Positions 1 to 11,364 are shown, counted from the stretch's first letter. The stretch is DNA of 64,000 nt from an uncultured Nitrososphaeraceae archaeon (GCA_963825865.1 CAWGVG010000021.1:64001-128000); one strand, 5' to 3'. The notes: generated by a model from the letters alone, not told the origin. Numbers and translations: made by a program.

Positions 1-704
1 AAAAGACATCCATACATAAGTTTATCGACCAAAAATTCCATAAAACCTAGAACACTATACAAATAGAGTATGACAGATATGGCATGAAAACGAGAGAAAT
101 TTTGGTGTATTGTCCGTTACAAATACAGAATCAGTTCATATAATCAATTCAACGAATTGTAATCAAAAATAATGCAAAGTCACTTACAGATGAAATGTAT
201 AGTTTAAGATTCAGCTTTAGAGTAGCTTTAAATAAATATAAATAATTCTGGAAAAAGATTCAGAAAAATGAGAATTATTTCAAAAAATGAACCTTCAGCT
301 AATATTCCCAAACATTCACTCACTAGAAAGACAAGGCTCAGATTTACAAAGCAAGGTAGAAGAATTAGAAGACGAATAGTTCATCAAGAGAACAAGATAA
401 GATAAAAGACAATGCCATAGCACATTTATCTATTCAAAAATTATGATTTTTATCTGTAAGGCTACAGGAACTTGAAAGGAAACAACGAACAGCGATAACA
501 ACGTCATAGCCGATATCAATGCTAGGCTGACAAGAACGTGATTCAAATTTGACTTAATTATAAACCACAAATTTAAGACCGTTCTAATGAGAAAATCCTT
601 AAAGAAAGACACCAAGCATGCTGTCAGAATATACTTGGTTCAAAAAATCCTTTGTTTACAAATATGTGAACTAAGGAAGACAAAAGAAGGTATCTATTTT
701 GTTA

Positions 705-965
705 TTATTTTCTTTGTGTGTCGATAGACAACATTTCATCGAATTGGTTATACATCTGCAAAAGGCGTACACCTTTTTCTGTTGTTCTTAAGAATTGTCT
801 TTCTTCTTCATATTGTAATAGAGCGTTTTCTAATAGAACTGTTAGGTATTCTTTTCACTGAGCATAGGACAGAAAGGCCTTATACATTATTTTTGTCTTG
901 GTAGCTCCACCGTTAGCGGCTTCTAGAATCAACCCAACTATATCAGTTCTGCTTCTATATTTCAT
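705..965 (-). pseudogene. Small winged-HTH protein (HTH_45/ArsR-like), copy 1, with in-frame TGA
   Basis: Manual translation MKYRSRTDIVGLILEAANGGATKTKIMYKAFLSYAQ*KEYLTVLLENALLQYEEERQFLRTTEKGVRLLQMYNQFDEML; 261 nt, same length as intact paralog 40662-40922; the stop may be a sequencing error. Confidence 0.8.
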
Positions 966-1078
966 AACAATGTTGTAATAAAAGATCAAGTATTTATGAG
1001 AAGCCGTACTATTGATCATAGTATTCGATCGATGAAGTGATCATTCTACTAGATCGAAAATGCATTTAGCATCAAATC
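705..1078 (-). repeat. Duplicated wHTH gene plus promoter cassette (second copy 40662-41037)
   Basis: About 895-1078 is nearly identical to about 40853-41037; the 3' coding part is more diverged. Confidence 0.9.
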
Positions 1079-1201
1079 ATTTTCTGAAGTTACTAGATCA
1101 TCACTCCATGTATGTTGTAATAAGATATTCCTTCAAATCCACTTCGTATTCATATGCACATACGTGTCAATCCATTTATGCAAGTGAGAAATGTACTTTA
1201 C

Positions 1202-1417
1202 ATGGACACAAAATGCTCTGCTTGCTCACAAAAAGTTTCAACAGGCAAATACTGTTTTCATCATAGCCAAGCATTTGATAGTCTCAAAGAACATCATAAG
1301 GCATGGATTGAAGCGTATGGAATTATTTCTTGGAATAATTTTTTGAATAAATTGATAAAGATGAATGGAACAGGAAGTTGGATAAAAGAAGTAATTGTTG
1401 TAGAATTAAAGGGTTAG
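1202..1417 (+). CDS. Small Zn-binding hypothetical protein (CxxC...CxxH)
   Basis: MDTKCSACSQKVSTGKYCFHH...W...TGSWIKEV pattern. Confidence 0.6.
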   Translation: MDTKCSACSQKVSTGKYCFHHSQAFDSLKEHHKAWIEAYGIISWNNFLNKLIKMNGTGSWIKEVIVVELKG

Positions 1418-1462
1418 AGCGATAGAATAAACTATCGAACTAGTTTTATCTATCTATCTATC

Positions 1463-3117
1463 TTACATTTCTCCGCCCATTCCGCCCATTCCGCCAGGTG
1501 GCATACCACCAGGTGGTCCACCAGCTGATTTACCTGATGCAATTACATCATCGATCCTGAGGATCATTGATGCAACCTCTGTAGCAGATTTAATAATCTG
1601 CTCTTTTACAGAGAGTGGCTCTAAAATATCTAATTTTGACATATCTGCAATTTTGGTATTTCTTACATCAACTCCAGTCCATTTTGAACCTTTGCTCTGT
1701 TTTGAACGTAGATCTGTCATAGTATCAATTGGATCCATGCCTGCATTTTCTGCTAGTGTAAGTGGAATTGATTCCAATGCCTCAGCGAATTTTTGTGCTC
1801 CAGTTGTTCCCGGCCAGATAATGTACTTGCCCATTCACTCAATTTACCAGCTACATGTACCTCAGGGGCTCCGCCGCCTGCCACGATTGCAGGCTTCTCA
1901 AGGACATCCTTTGTAACCATCAGTGCATCATGGATTGAGCGTTCGGCTTCATCAACAACTCTTTGTGATCCGCCTCTAATCAATATTGTTACTGATTTTG
2001 GATGTTTGCACCCTTCAACGAATACCCACTTGTCTGTCTCAACCTTGCGCTCTTCTACTAAATCAGCAGCGCCGAGATCTTTGCCCGTAAGATCGTCAAG
2101 GTTATTCACTACTCGTGCCTCTGTTGCTCTTGCCAGCTTGGTCATATCACTTTCCTTTACTCTACGTATTGTCAAAATGTTAGCCTTTGCCAGATAATGT
2201 TGTGCAATGTCATCTATGCCCTTTTGACAGACAACCACGTTAGCACCAGCAGTGATAATCTTATCAACCATGTCCTTTAGCATCTTATTCTCTTCGTCTA
2301 AGAACATCTTCATCTGATCTGGAGAACTGATGTTTATCTTGGCATCAAACTCCGTCTTTTCAATCTCAAGAGCAGAATTGATCAGTGCAATTTTTGCTTT
2401 CTCCACTCTTTTAGGCATTCCGCCATGAACAACTTCCTTATCAAGAACGATACCCTTGATCAATTTAGTATCACGCAGCAAGCCGCCTGCTTTCTTCTCT
2501 ACTTTAATATCATCAATATCTACCTTATAATGAGAATCAGTTTTTTCTGAAACTTGTAGTATTGAATTAACCACAACTTGTGCTATCTCGGTGGCTTCCT
2601 TTGAGATTAGCTTTGTTTGCATTGAGGTCTTTGCAATCTTAGTCAATAGTTCTTTATCACTGCCGTTAACCTTCATGGCAATGTGGTTGTAAACTTCAAT
2701 GGCCTTGATGGCACTCTTTCTATAACCATCAACTATGATTGTTGGATGAACGTCTTTTGCGATTAATTCCTCTGCTTTTTCAATCAGTGCGCCTGCTAAT
2801 ACTACCACAGAGGTTGTACCATCGCCTACTTCATTGTCTGTCGCTTTGCTAATTTCGACCATCATCTTGGCTGCTGGATGCTGAACGTCAATTTCTTTCA
2901 AAATTGTTGCCCCGTCATTTGTGATTGTAACATCACCAAGAGTGTCTACTAACATCTTGTCCATGCCTCTAGGACCAAGGGAGCTTCTTACTATTTCTGA
3001 GATCAATTTTGCAGCAGTAATATTATTCTTCTGGGCATCTCGGCCTTTTGTCTGACTAGCACCTTCTTTTAATATTAGTACTGGCATTCCGCCAGCTGAA
3101 CCTTGTTGAATTGACAC
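1463..3117 (-). CDS. ths: Thermosome (group II chaperonin) subunit, frameshifted near 1800
   Basis: [21 protein letters not shown] motifs; GGM-rich C-terminus in ORF 1463-1834. Confidence 0.97.
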
Positions 3118-3675
3118 TTACCATTCACCTAAAATCTATAAAATAAATTGCACAGTTTGGTATATTTTAAACTTACTGTAGAGATATGTGTAGATATCGT
3201 GCACTGGCCTACTCAGATCTTTTACATATAGACTTGTACGTTGTTTTCGATACTTATGCAACAGAGCTCGACAGTAATAGCTGCCTGCTGCCTGTGTTTA
3301 ACATATGCCTCAGTTTTCTTCTGTCTGTATTTAGGTTCTGGAGCTTATTTTTATCATATAGATCTATCGTTAGGAAGTCTTACTAAACGGCAGTTACTTA
3401 TCATACATAAAAATGGGTAGTTTAGTTGATATTTATATATATACTAGTCATTTTACAGGTCATTTTACAGTTCCAAATGTTTACGTAGTAATAACCGTAA
3501 CATATGATCAGAGCCTATTTTTCAAAAACACATAAGATATTAACGCCAGTTTATACTATGTGTTAATAGTTCTACATTACATAGCCCTTATAAATAATCT
3601 CTAAATAGATCTTACATTATACATAGGTCATACCATTGCTAAAGCATATTAAGAGTGATTTGTATCTTTTTTTTT

Positions 3676-3846
3676 ATGACAATGAATTGTCCATTGTGCG
3701 GCACAATGATGGTATGGTTAAATGGTTCTATAAGTCATGATCCTCCAGTAAAATACTATTTATGCAGGATATGTAATGTAAATGTGACAAAGCAACTAGA
3801 TGGTTCGTATGAAGTTACCAAAGTAAAAGCTGAACAAAAGAAGTAA
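3676..3846 (+). CDS. Small Zn-ribbon protein
   Basis: CPLC...CRIC pairs in 56 aa. Confidence 0.6.
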   Translation: MTMNCPLCGTMMVWLNGSISHDPPVKYYLCRICNVNVTKQLDGSYEVTKVKAEQKK

Positions 3847-4021
3847 CAGTATAATTAAAGTCAGTAAGAGCATACGAATTGCATATCCGTTTAATTTCAA
3901 AAGGATGAGAAACTTCTACTTCAATATTGGGGTCTCGACTCAATAACTCAGAAAGATTAATTTTTCCTGAACTAGGAAAAACCATACTTTTAATTTTAAT
4001 TTAAATAAACAAATGAGAAAC

Positions 4022-4065
4022 GACACTTGCCTGCTCATAGCTCCGCGACTCTACAGGCAAGTGTC
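4022..4065. repeat. Perfect 12-bp inverted repeat (hairpin)
   Basis: GACACTTGCCTG (4022-4033) / CAGGCAAGTGTC (4054-4065). Confidence 0.8.
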
Positions 4066-4292
4066 TACTTTGTATCAGAAATTGGAAAGAAGATTAAGAA
4101 ATCTATAAAAAAATTAATTCTTAAAAATAACATTTAAATTGAATCAAAGTAACTGGAAATCAGAAACAAGATCCATTTACTTATAGATTCTGTAGGTAAC
4201 CTTGAAGAACCAATCATACTGGAAATTGGGCAGCAGAATAATGAGATCAAATAAAGCATTTTAATATTAAGTGTTTCTGAAACAGCAGTAGC

Positions 4293-5165
4293 ATGCAAAA
4301 GACAAAAAGCAAGGTTTCATTAAGGGAACAAATTGAAGATAACAAAAAGATCATAGTATTGCCCGGAGTTTTTGATGCACTGAGTGCTAGAATAGCAGAA
4401 CAAGTAGGATTTGATGCAATGTTTCAAACAGGATATGGTTCTGCTGCTGCGTTATTAGGAATGCCTGATTATGGACTTCTAAATGCGGGAGAAACTACAG
4501 ATAATGCTCGCAGAATTGTACAGGCGGTAAATGTTCCGGTGCTCGTTGATGCTGATACTGGGTATGGCAACCCATTGAATGTATGGCGGCTTGTCCGCGA
4601 TCTGCAAAGTCTTGGTGCAGCAGGTATTTTTCTCGAGGATCAGATATGGCCGAAAAGATGCGGCCATATGACAGGAAAGGATGTTATTTCAACAGATAAT
4701 TATATTCCGAAACTAAAAGCAGCTTTAGAAGCACGTAAAAGTAAGGACTTTATCATTGTTGCTAGAACAGATGCACGGGCTCCGCTTGGACTAGAAGAAG
4801 CCATCGAACGTGGCAAAGCATATCGTAAGGCAGGTGCAGACGTAATCTTTATAGAGGCACCTAGATCAATCGAAGAATTAAAAAAAATTGCCAATCACAT
4901 TGATGCACCATTAGTGGCAAATATGATCGAGGAAGGAGTAACACCCATTTTGCCTGCAAAAGAACTGTTAAAGATGGGCTACAGAATTGCAGTATTTCCA
5001 TTATCTGGGCTTTATGCTGCAACTTTTGCAATAAAAGAAGTATTTATGGAATTAAGGAAAACTGGCATAACAAAAGGGAGGCGTAAAATGATGGTTACTT
5101 TCAAGGATTTTAACAAATTTGTAGACCTGCAGGGATATATGGCTCTAGAGAAAACATACACTTGA
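4293..5165 (+). CDS. prpB: Methylisocitrate lyase / ICL-PEP mutase family
   Basis: DADTGYG, LEDQIWPKRCGH, IVARTDA motifs. Confidence 0.88.
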   Translation: MQKTKSKVSLREQIEDNKKIIVLPGVFDALSARIAEQVGFDAMFQTGYGSAAALLGMPDYGLLNAGETTDNARRIVQAVNVPVLVDADTGYGNPLNVWRLVRDLQSLGAAGIFLEDQIWPKRCGHMTGKDVISTDNYIPKLKAALEARKSKDFIIVARTDARAPLGLEEAIERGKAYRKAGADVIFIEAPRSIEELKKIANHIDAPLVANMIEEGVTPILPAKELLKMGYRIAVFPLSGLYAATFAIKEVFMELRKTGITKGRRKMMVTFKDFNKFVDLQGYMALEKTYT

Positions 5166-5180
5166 GCTGGTTTTAACAGT

Positions 5181-5225
5181 AGAAACTCTTCTCACACAAT
5201 TGATAAGTGTGAAGAATAGTTTTCT
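5181..5225 (+). terminator. Imperfect hairpin downstream of prpB
   Basis: AAACTCTTCTCACAC...GTGTGAAGAATAGTTT followed by pyrimidine-rich tract. Confidence 0.4.
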
Positions 5226-5672
5226 CATATTTCTCCCAAATCAAGTAATTCGAGCAACTTATCCTATATCTTTGATCTTTTACTAGAAATTTCTCTTTTA
5301 AAAAAGATCATGACGCCACATTTGTGAAGATTGTCGATATTTTATGCAGTTATAGTATTATTGAAAACCCTCAATTTATACTTTAAATTTGTTTTATGTA
5401 TAAAAGAATTTTTTTTCAAAATTCGATGTTAATGAAAAATAAAGGGAATTGTTTTATTAAAAACTGAAGAATCAGTGATAGCAAAATTATACATTGGATA
5501 ATAGAACATATCGTCTAATTTAGATAGCAGTTTACATTATATCGACTGGTATAACCGAACTTTGATATCAGTATAATAAAAAAACACATCATCGTATTAA
5601 CATACCTATTAATTACAATACTATATGATAGCGGTTTACCAAACATTTTAAACATTCAAACAATTCAACACA

Positions 5673-5703
<31 letters not shown>

Positions 5704-5729
5704 TGATAAAGTGGATAAGTATTTAATGG

Positions 5730-6767
5730 ATGAATAGTATCACAATTAACCTGAAGACATCGATGCAAGCAAAGCAGCAGATTGATATGCTCGATAAAAA
5801 ACTTTTGAATGAGATCCAATGGACTTTTCCGCTTATTGATAGGCCTTATCTTGAAATTTCAAAGCATCATAATATTTCCGAAGATGAAATCATGCAAAGG
5901 ATCACATATATGAAGGAGTTGGGTTTAATTAGGCAGATTAACGCTATCTTTGATACAAGACGTCTGGGTTACAAAAGTGCCCTTATTGCATTTGCAATCA
6001 AGAGTGATAAACTTGAATATGTCGCTAGTGAGGTAAATAAACACCCAGGCGTTAGTCATAATTACGAAAGAAACCATGAATTCAATATGTGGTTTACACT
6101 TGCTGTTCCTCCATATTCTGATATGAAAATAGATTTAGATAGAATGGCTTCGCTTGAGGGTATTATAAAATACAGGATATTACCAACTCTGAAACTTTAC
6201 AAGATTGGCGTTAGACTTGACATGGTTAATGAAGATCCACAAAAGCCAAAACCAACAGACGAAGTTAAGAAGTTAAGCCCGAAGAAATTCGATCTCACAG
6301 AACGTGACAAGGATTTTGTTCGTGAATTGCAAAAAGATCTGAAAGTAATTCCAGAACCATTCAAGGAGCTGGCCGGAAATCTTGGCATTACAACAGCTGA
6401 ACTCTTTACAAAAGCCAAAGAATATGAACAGATTGGAGTTATGAGAAGGTTTGCAGCAATATTACGTCATCGTAATGCAGGCTTCTCTGCAAATGGCATG
6501 ATAGTTTGGAAGGTGCCTGAAGAAAAAATTGATAAAATTGGCCATACGCTTGCATCTTTCCCACAGATAAGCCATTGTTATCAAAGACCCGTCTATCCTG
6601 ACTGGCAATTCAACTTATTTAGCATGATTCATGCGCGTACATTAGAAGCAGCAGAAAAAATTGCGGCCGAGATGTCGGAAACAGTTGGAATTAAAGACTA
6701 TAGAATTCTATTCAGTTCGCGAGAATTTAAGAAAGAGCGAGTGAAATACTTTGAAGAGGAGAACTAG
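5730..6767 (+). CDS. ahbAB: Fused siroheme decarboxylase AhbA/AhbB (Lrp/AsnC-like, NirDL/GH family)
   Basis: Two tandem Lrp-like halves with VSHNYER and ISHCYQR motifs, LRHRNAGF. Confidence 0.88.
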   Translation: MNSITINLKTSMQAKQQIDMLDKKLLNEIQWTFPLIDRPYLEISKHHNISEDEIMQRITYMKELGLIRQINAIFDTRRLGYKSALIAFAIKSDKLEYVASEVNKHPGVSHNYERNHEFNMWFTLAVPPYSDMKIDLDRMASLEGIIKYRILPTLKLYKIGVRLDMVNEDPQKPKPTDEVKKLSPKKFDLTERDKDFVRELQKDLKVIPEPFKELAGNLGITTAELFTKAKEYEQIGVMRRFAAILRHRNAGFSANGMIVWKVPEEKIDKIGHTLASFPQISHCYQRPVYPDWQFNLFSMIHARTLEAAEKIAAEMSETVGIKDYRILFSSREFKKERVKYFEEEN

Positions 6768-6991
6768 TATTCAACTTTATCTCCACCATCTTCCTGCAAG
6801 CTGTAATTTTTCAGCATACACACATGTGGCAATAACACATGAAGAGCCAACAGGACATTATTTTTAGTTTCAAATATGTTTTAGCATATTCCTGTATTTT
6901 GCTAAATAATCTGGTCGATTTTTTGTAATTAATCTAAGTGTAACAGGTTATCACATAATACTTATATTGTAATTCAGGCGATTAATGTATA

Positions 6992-7768
6992 ATGGCATTT
7001 TTAGAAGTTAAGGACTTACATGCTAACATCGAAGGAAAAGAGATCCTGACAGGTCTTAGTTTAAACATTAACAAAGGTGAAGTTCATGCAATCATGGGTC
7101 CAAATGGTTCAGGCAAGAGCACTTTTGCAAATGTACTATTAGGTCATCCAAAATATACAATTACTGCCGGTGATATACTTGTTAAAGGGCAAAGTATTCT
7201 AGACCTATCGACTGATGAAAGATCAAAGAAAGGATTATTCCTTGGTTTTCAATATCCAACCGAAATTTCAGGCGTAGGTTATAGCCATTTTTTAAGAAAT
7301 GCATACAACACTTTGAGTAAATCATTGGGTGAAGAGCAACAGAACAGAGAAGTTTTCTTGACTGTCAGAGAATTTCATGAATACGTAAAGAGGAACCTAG
7401 GCTATGTCGGGCTTGATCCATCTTTTCTTGGAAGATATCTTAACGAAGGATTTTCTGGTGGAGAGAAAAAAAGATCGGAGGTAATGCAGATGCTGGTTCT
7501 AAAACCAAATATTGCAGTTCTTGATGAACCGGATTCTGGCTTAGATATTGATTCAGTAAAGGCTGTTGCAGAGGCAATTAACACATTAATTAGAACAGGA
7601 GCAGGTCTCGTTGTAATTACTCATTATGCCCGAATTCTAAGATATCTTACAAAGCTCGATCAAGTTCACGTTATGACTAAGGGAAAGATTATCAAATCAG
7701 GTGGAAAGGAATTATCCGAAAAGCTTGAATTGAAAGGCTATGAATGGCTCGGATTAGAAGACAAATAA
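6992..7768 (+). CDS. sufC: Fe-S cluster assembly ATPase SufC
   Basis: GPNGSGKS, GFSGGEKKR, LDEPDSGLDID, ITHY. Confidence 0.95.
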   Translation: MAFLEVKDLHANIEGKEILTGLSLNINKGEVHAIMGPNGSGKSTFANVLLGHPKYTITAGDILVKGQSILDLSTDERSKKGLFLGFQYPTEISGVGYSHFLRNAYNTLSKSLGEEQQNREVFLTVREFHEYVKRNLGYVGLDPSFLGRYLNEGFSGGEKKRSEVMQMLVLKPNIAVLDEPDSGLDIDSVKAVAEAINTLIRTGAGLVVITHYARILRYLTKLDQVHVMTKGKIIKSGGKELSEKLELKGYEWLGLEDK

Positions 7769-7946
7769 CAGGATAATAACAAATTATTTTTATTTTATCT
7801 GTTTATAACATTTAACTATTCTTTGTTTTAGTTGTTTGAGTAAAATACCTTTATATCAAAAAACCTGCCTTGCTTTTACACACTTTAATTTATGGCAAAA
7901 TCTTACACCTATTTTTAAATATGGTTTCATATTCTTCGTTCATTAA

Positions 7947-8643
7947 ATGATCTCTAGCGAGGCGACAGGAAAGGTAAGAACATCATCATATCTAAATTTT
8001 TCATTCTTTAAAGTTGATCCAAAATGGCGATGGCTAAACGAACTTGGAAAAGATGAGGCTATAAAAGAATTTTCAAGTTTAATAGAAGTTGCGAGTACAA
8101 AGATGAAAGTTCGAACTTATTCTACTATAGGGCTCCGATACGATACCGAATTTATGTTATGGACGATTTCGGATTCTGTTGAAAAGATGCAGATATTGAT
8201 ATCAAAAATTTATTCTACGATTTTAGGAAAGTATGTCGAACCTTCATATATATACCTATCAACTTCCCGCCCATCGGTGTATTCAAATAAAGTTGTTCCA
8301 GGATTTGTGACAGATGAACAACCTATGAAATATGTTATTGTTTATCCTTTCGTAAAATCAAGAGAATGGTATTTGCTTCCGTTTGAAGAACGAAAGAAAA
8401 TGATGGAAGAACATATAGACTGTTGGGAGAAAATTTCCACAAATTAGACTAAATACCTCTTATTCATTTGGTCTTGATGATCAGGACTTCATGCTTGCAT
8501 TTGAAACAAATGATTTAATTGATTTTCAGGATTTGATAGTTCAATTACGTGAAACTCGAGTTAGTAAGTATGTGGTGAGAGATACTCCAATGATGGTTTG
8601 TATTTATAAGGGTATTGAAGACATTATCAGGAGTCTTGCATAA
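7947..8643 (+). CDS. Chlorite dismutase / coproheme decarboxylase (ChdC/HemQ) family, frameshifted near 8420
   Basis: YPFVKSREWYLLP..ERKKMMEEH; continues LNTSYSFGLDDQDFMLAFE...LRETRVSKY in another frame, stop at 8641-8643. Confidence 0.85.
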
Positions 8644-9200
8644 TGGCTGCACTTAAGGAATGGGCAATAGTTTGTAAAGCACTAGAAGAAGGAAGACAGG
8701 TATTGCTTCTACGGAAGGGTGGAATTATGGAGTACAGACAAGGTTTTGAGGCAAAGCATGAAAAATTTTTGTTATTTCCAACTTTTGAACACCAATCAAA
8801 GGAATCCATACAACCAGATTATGTTAATAATTTAGATGTCCTGCTTCAAAATGTCCCAATAAACGACAAGAATAAAATAACTTCTTTTGCGGAAGTCGCA
8901 GCGGTTAAGGAAGTTAATGATAGATCAATATTACAAAAATTGAATAAATATCATATATGGAACGATCGTTATGTAAATGTCAGAATGGACTATAATCCTA
9001 AAAGACCCATGAGCATAGTATTGCTACGGGTTTACAAAATGAATAATCCTATAGAAGTCGATACTAAACCAGAATGGGCAGGGTGTAAATCATGGATTCC
9101 GATTGATTTCCAGCAGGGAAGTGATAATTATCATCAACCTGCTTTAGAGGATTCAAAGTTCTATGAAGTTGTAGCAGAGATTAAAGGGGTATTAAACTAA
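8643..9200 (+). CDS. DUF1802 family protein
   Basis: ALKEWAIVCKALEEGRQVLLLRKGGI, GCKSWI. Confidence 0.85.
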   Translation: MAALKEWAIVCKALEEGRQVLLLRKGGIMEYRQGFEAKHEKFLLFPTFEHQSKESIQPDYVNNLDVLLQNVPINDKNKITSFAEVAAVKEVNDRSILQKLNKYHIWNDRYVNVRMDYNPKRPMSIVLLRVYKMNNPIEVDTKPEWAGCKSWIPIDFQQGSDNYHQPALEDSKFYEVVAEIKGVLN

Positions 9201-9202
9201 AT

Positions 9203-10195
9203 ATGAAGTATCGAAAATTAGGGAAAAGTGGGATTAAGGTAAGCGAAATAGGATTTGGAGCGTGGATTATTGGTCTAGATTGGTGGGGGAAGAAGATCGA
9301 TGATGATGAAGCAATCAAAATGTTGAAACGTGCCTACGATCTAGGTATCAATTTTTACGAAACTGCAGACATGTATGGTAAGGGTAAAAGCGAAAAGGTG
9401 ATCGCACAGGCATTCAAAGATATGCGCAATGAAGTAGTTTATTCCACAAAATGGGGTTATGATATGTATAATGCTGAACAGATCGGACACAATGAGATAC
9501 CCCAAAAACATAATTCTGATTTTTTGGAATATGCATTGCAGCAGAGTATGAAACGTTTACAAACTGATTATATCGATGTTTACAGTCTTCATAATCCAAA
9601 AATGGATGCTATAAAAAATGATAGTTTGTTTCTCTCACTTGATACTTTAGCAAAAAGTGGAAAGATCAAGAGTCATGGTGTTGCATTGGGTCCGGCTATA
9701 GGCTGGAAGGATGAAGGAATTCTAGCCATAGAAAAACGCAATATCACCTGCCTTCAAACGGTTTACAATGTCTTAGAACAAGATCCTGGTAGAGCCTTTT
9801 TAGAAGCGGCAAGCAAGAATGATGTAGCGGTTATGGTTAGAGTTCCCGATGCTTCTGGAGTATTAACCGGCAAGGTTGATGAAAAAACAATATTTGATAA
9901 GAATGATCACAGAGGAAATAGAAAGAAAGAATGGATTCATGAAGCAATGCAAAAAATAGAAAAAATGAAACCAATTGCAAATGCAAAAGGATGGAATATA
10001 TTCCAGCTGGCAATCAAATTCATACTATCTCAAAAAGAAGTATCAGTAGTTTTACCAACTGTTATAGATGTTGAAGAAATTGAAATGTTTGCAGAAATGT
10101 CAGATGGTACCTATCTAAGTGAAAAAGAAATGTCGCAGATAATTGATCTCTATAACAACAACTTCTATGTTCAACCTATTGCTCCTTACAAATGA
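9203..10195 (+). CDS. Aldo/keto reductase
   Basis: LGKSGIKVSEIGFG, ETADMYG, LQTDYIDVYSLH. Confidence 0.93.
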   Translation: MKYRKLGKSGIKVSEIGFGAWIIGLDWWGKKIDDDEAIKMLKRAYDLGINFYETADMYGKGKSEKVIAQAFKDMRNEVVYSTKWGYDMYNAEQIGHNEIPQKHNSDFLEYALQQSMKRLQTDYIDVYSLHNPKMDAIKNDSLFLSLDTLAKSGKIKSHGVALGPAIGWKDEGILAIEKRNITCLQTVYNVLEQDPGRAFLEAASKNDVAVMVRVPDASGVLTGKVDEKTIFDKNDHRGNRKKEWIHEAMQKIEKMKPIANAKGWNIFQLAIKFILSQKEVSVVLPTVIDVEEIEMFAEMSDGTYLSEKEMSQIIDLYNNNFYVQPIAPYK

Positions 10196-10839
10196 GGAAT
10201 GCTACAAGGAACAAGATATTGTTTTAAAATGTTATGATAAACTTTATGCCAATGAAAATACTCCCTTTGAACATATTGAAAGTATCCTCGATGGTAATTG
10301 AAGAATATGCTAGTAGGTTCCGTCATGAATGAAGGAGCAATATTAAAATGTTATGTCTAATATTTTTACTGATCTAGCTTTGCTACCCACCTACCATTTC
10401 TTGGATAGTTTTTACAATTAATTAAACTAACCACCGTCGGGCTGAATGCAGTGATAAAGTCTGATTAAAAACTAACACATATTTAGACTTTTTAGGCACA
10501 CAACAGTGAAAACACTCCAAAGCAATATTCGCAGAGATAGGTCATCAGCAAGTAATTTTATGATAGTTATAATTCTTAAAATACAGTATAATGACAAGTT
10601 CAGGAAGCAATAAGAAAGAGTCAAATATCGAGTTAATGGAACAACTTACCTTTACCGCAGATTGGATTTTATAAGTATCGTAAAAAAAATAGGTTAAGCC
10701 ACTGAAACTATTGGAACTTTTGAACAGGATAGATACTTGTAAAAAAGAGGCATCGTACAAATCATACCACCAACATAATAAACAATGGATAAGTCAACAG
10801 ATCAAAACGATAATTAAAAATAGATACAGTTAATGAATT

Positions 10840-11364
10840 TCATCCTACGAGGACTTTTCCTGTCATATAAGGATGAATTTTACAGTAAAATGGATGTTCT
10901 CCTTGTCCGATTTTGATTGCTGGGATACTGTATTTTTGACCTGGATTCAAAATATCTGAATCGAATAGTTTACCGGTGTTGGGATCTTGTATACCACTAC
11001 CACTGGTAGCAGTATGAGGCACGATATCACTATTAGTCCATGTAACCAGTGCATCAGTACTTACCTTTGCTGCGTTAGGATCATAGCTCGGATTACCTTG
11101 TGTTGATGCTCCCTTTAAAATGGTAATGGCAACTTTATTATGGAATTTAGACTCATCTATTACTACTATAGGTTTATTTTCTTTCGTTCCAGTTGCAGGT
11201 GGAAGATCATTTCGATACATTGATTCAACTACTCCTTGATGTGGCATAACCAAAGCAAACAAGTAATACGCCACAATACCAGTAACTGCACCTAGCGCAA
11301 GAATTACTGTGAATGCAACTTTTCCAACTGAACCCATATTTGTATATCTTACTTCGATGCTCAA
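10840..11364 (-). CDS. Membrane-anchored blue copper (cupredoxin) protein
   Basis: N-terminal TM helix; WTNSDIVPHTATSG and YCKIHPYM type-1 Cu ligands. Confidence 0.9.
   Translation of the reverse strand: MSIEVRYTNMGSVGKVAFTVILALGAVTGIVAYYLFALVMPHQGVVESMYRNDLPPATGTKENKPIVVIDESKFHNKVAITILKGASTQGNPSYDPNAAKVSTDALVTWTNSDIVPHTATSGSGIQDPNTGKLFDSDILNPGQKYSIPAIKIGQGEHPFYCKIHPYMTGKVLVG

Noticed and set aside
1-700. Possible coding remnant at the window start
   Set aside because: Multiple stops and no recognisable motif
855-857. In-frame TGA as selenocysteine or readthrough
   Set aside because: It aligns to Leu in paralogs, no SECIS-like structure was seen, and it can be explained by compensating indels or a nonsense mutation
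1653-2197. Antisense ORFs over thermosome (likewise over rrp41/42, amt, polC, acs)
   Set aside because: Shadow frames of well-supported genes on the opposite strand
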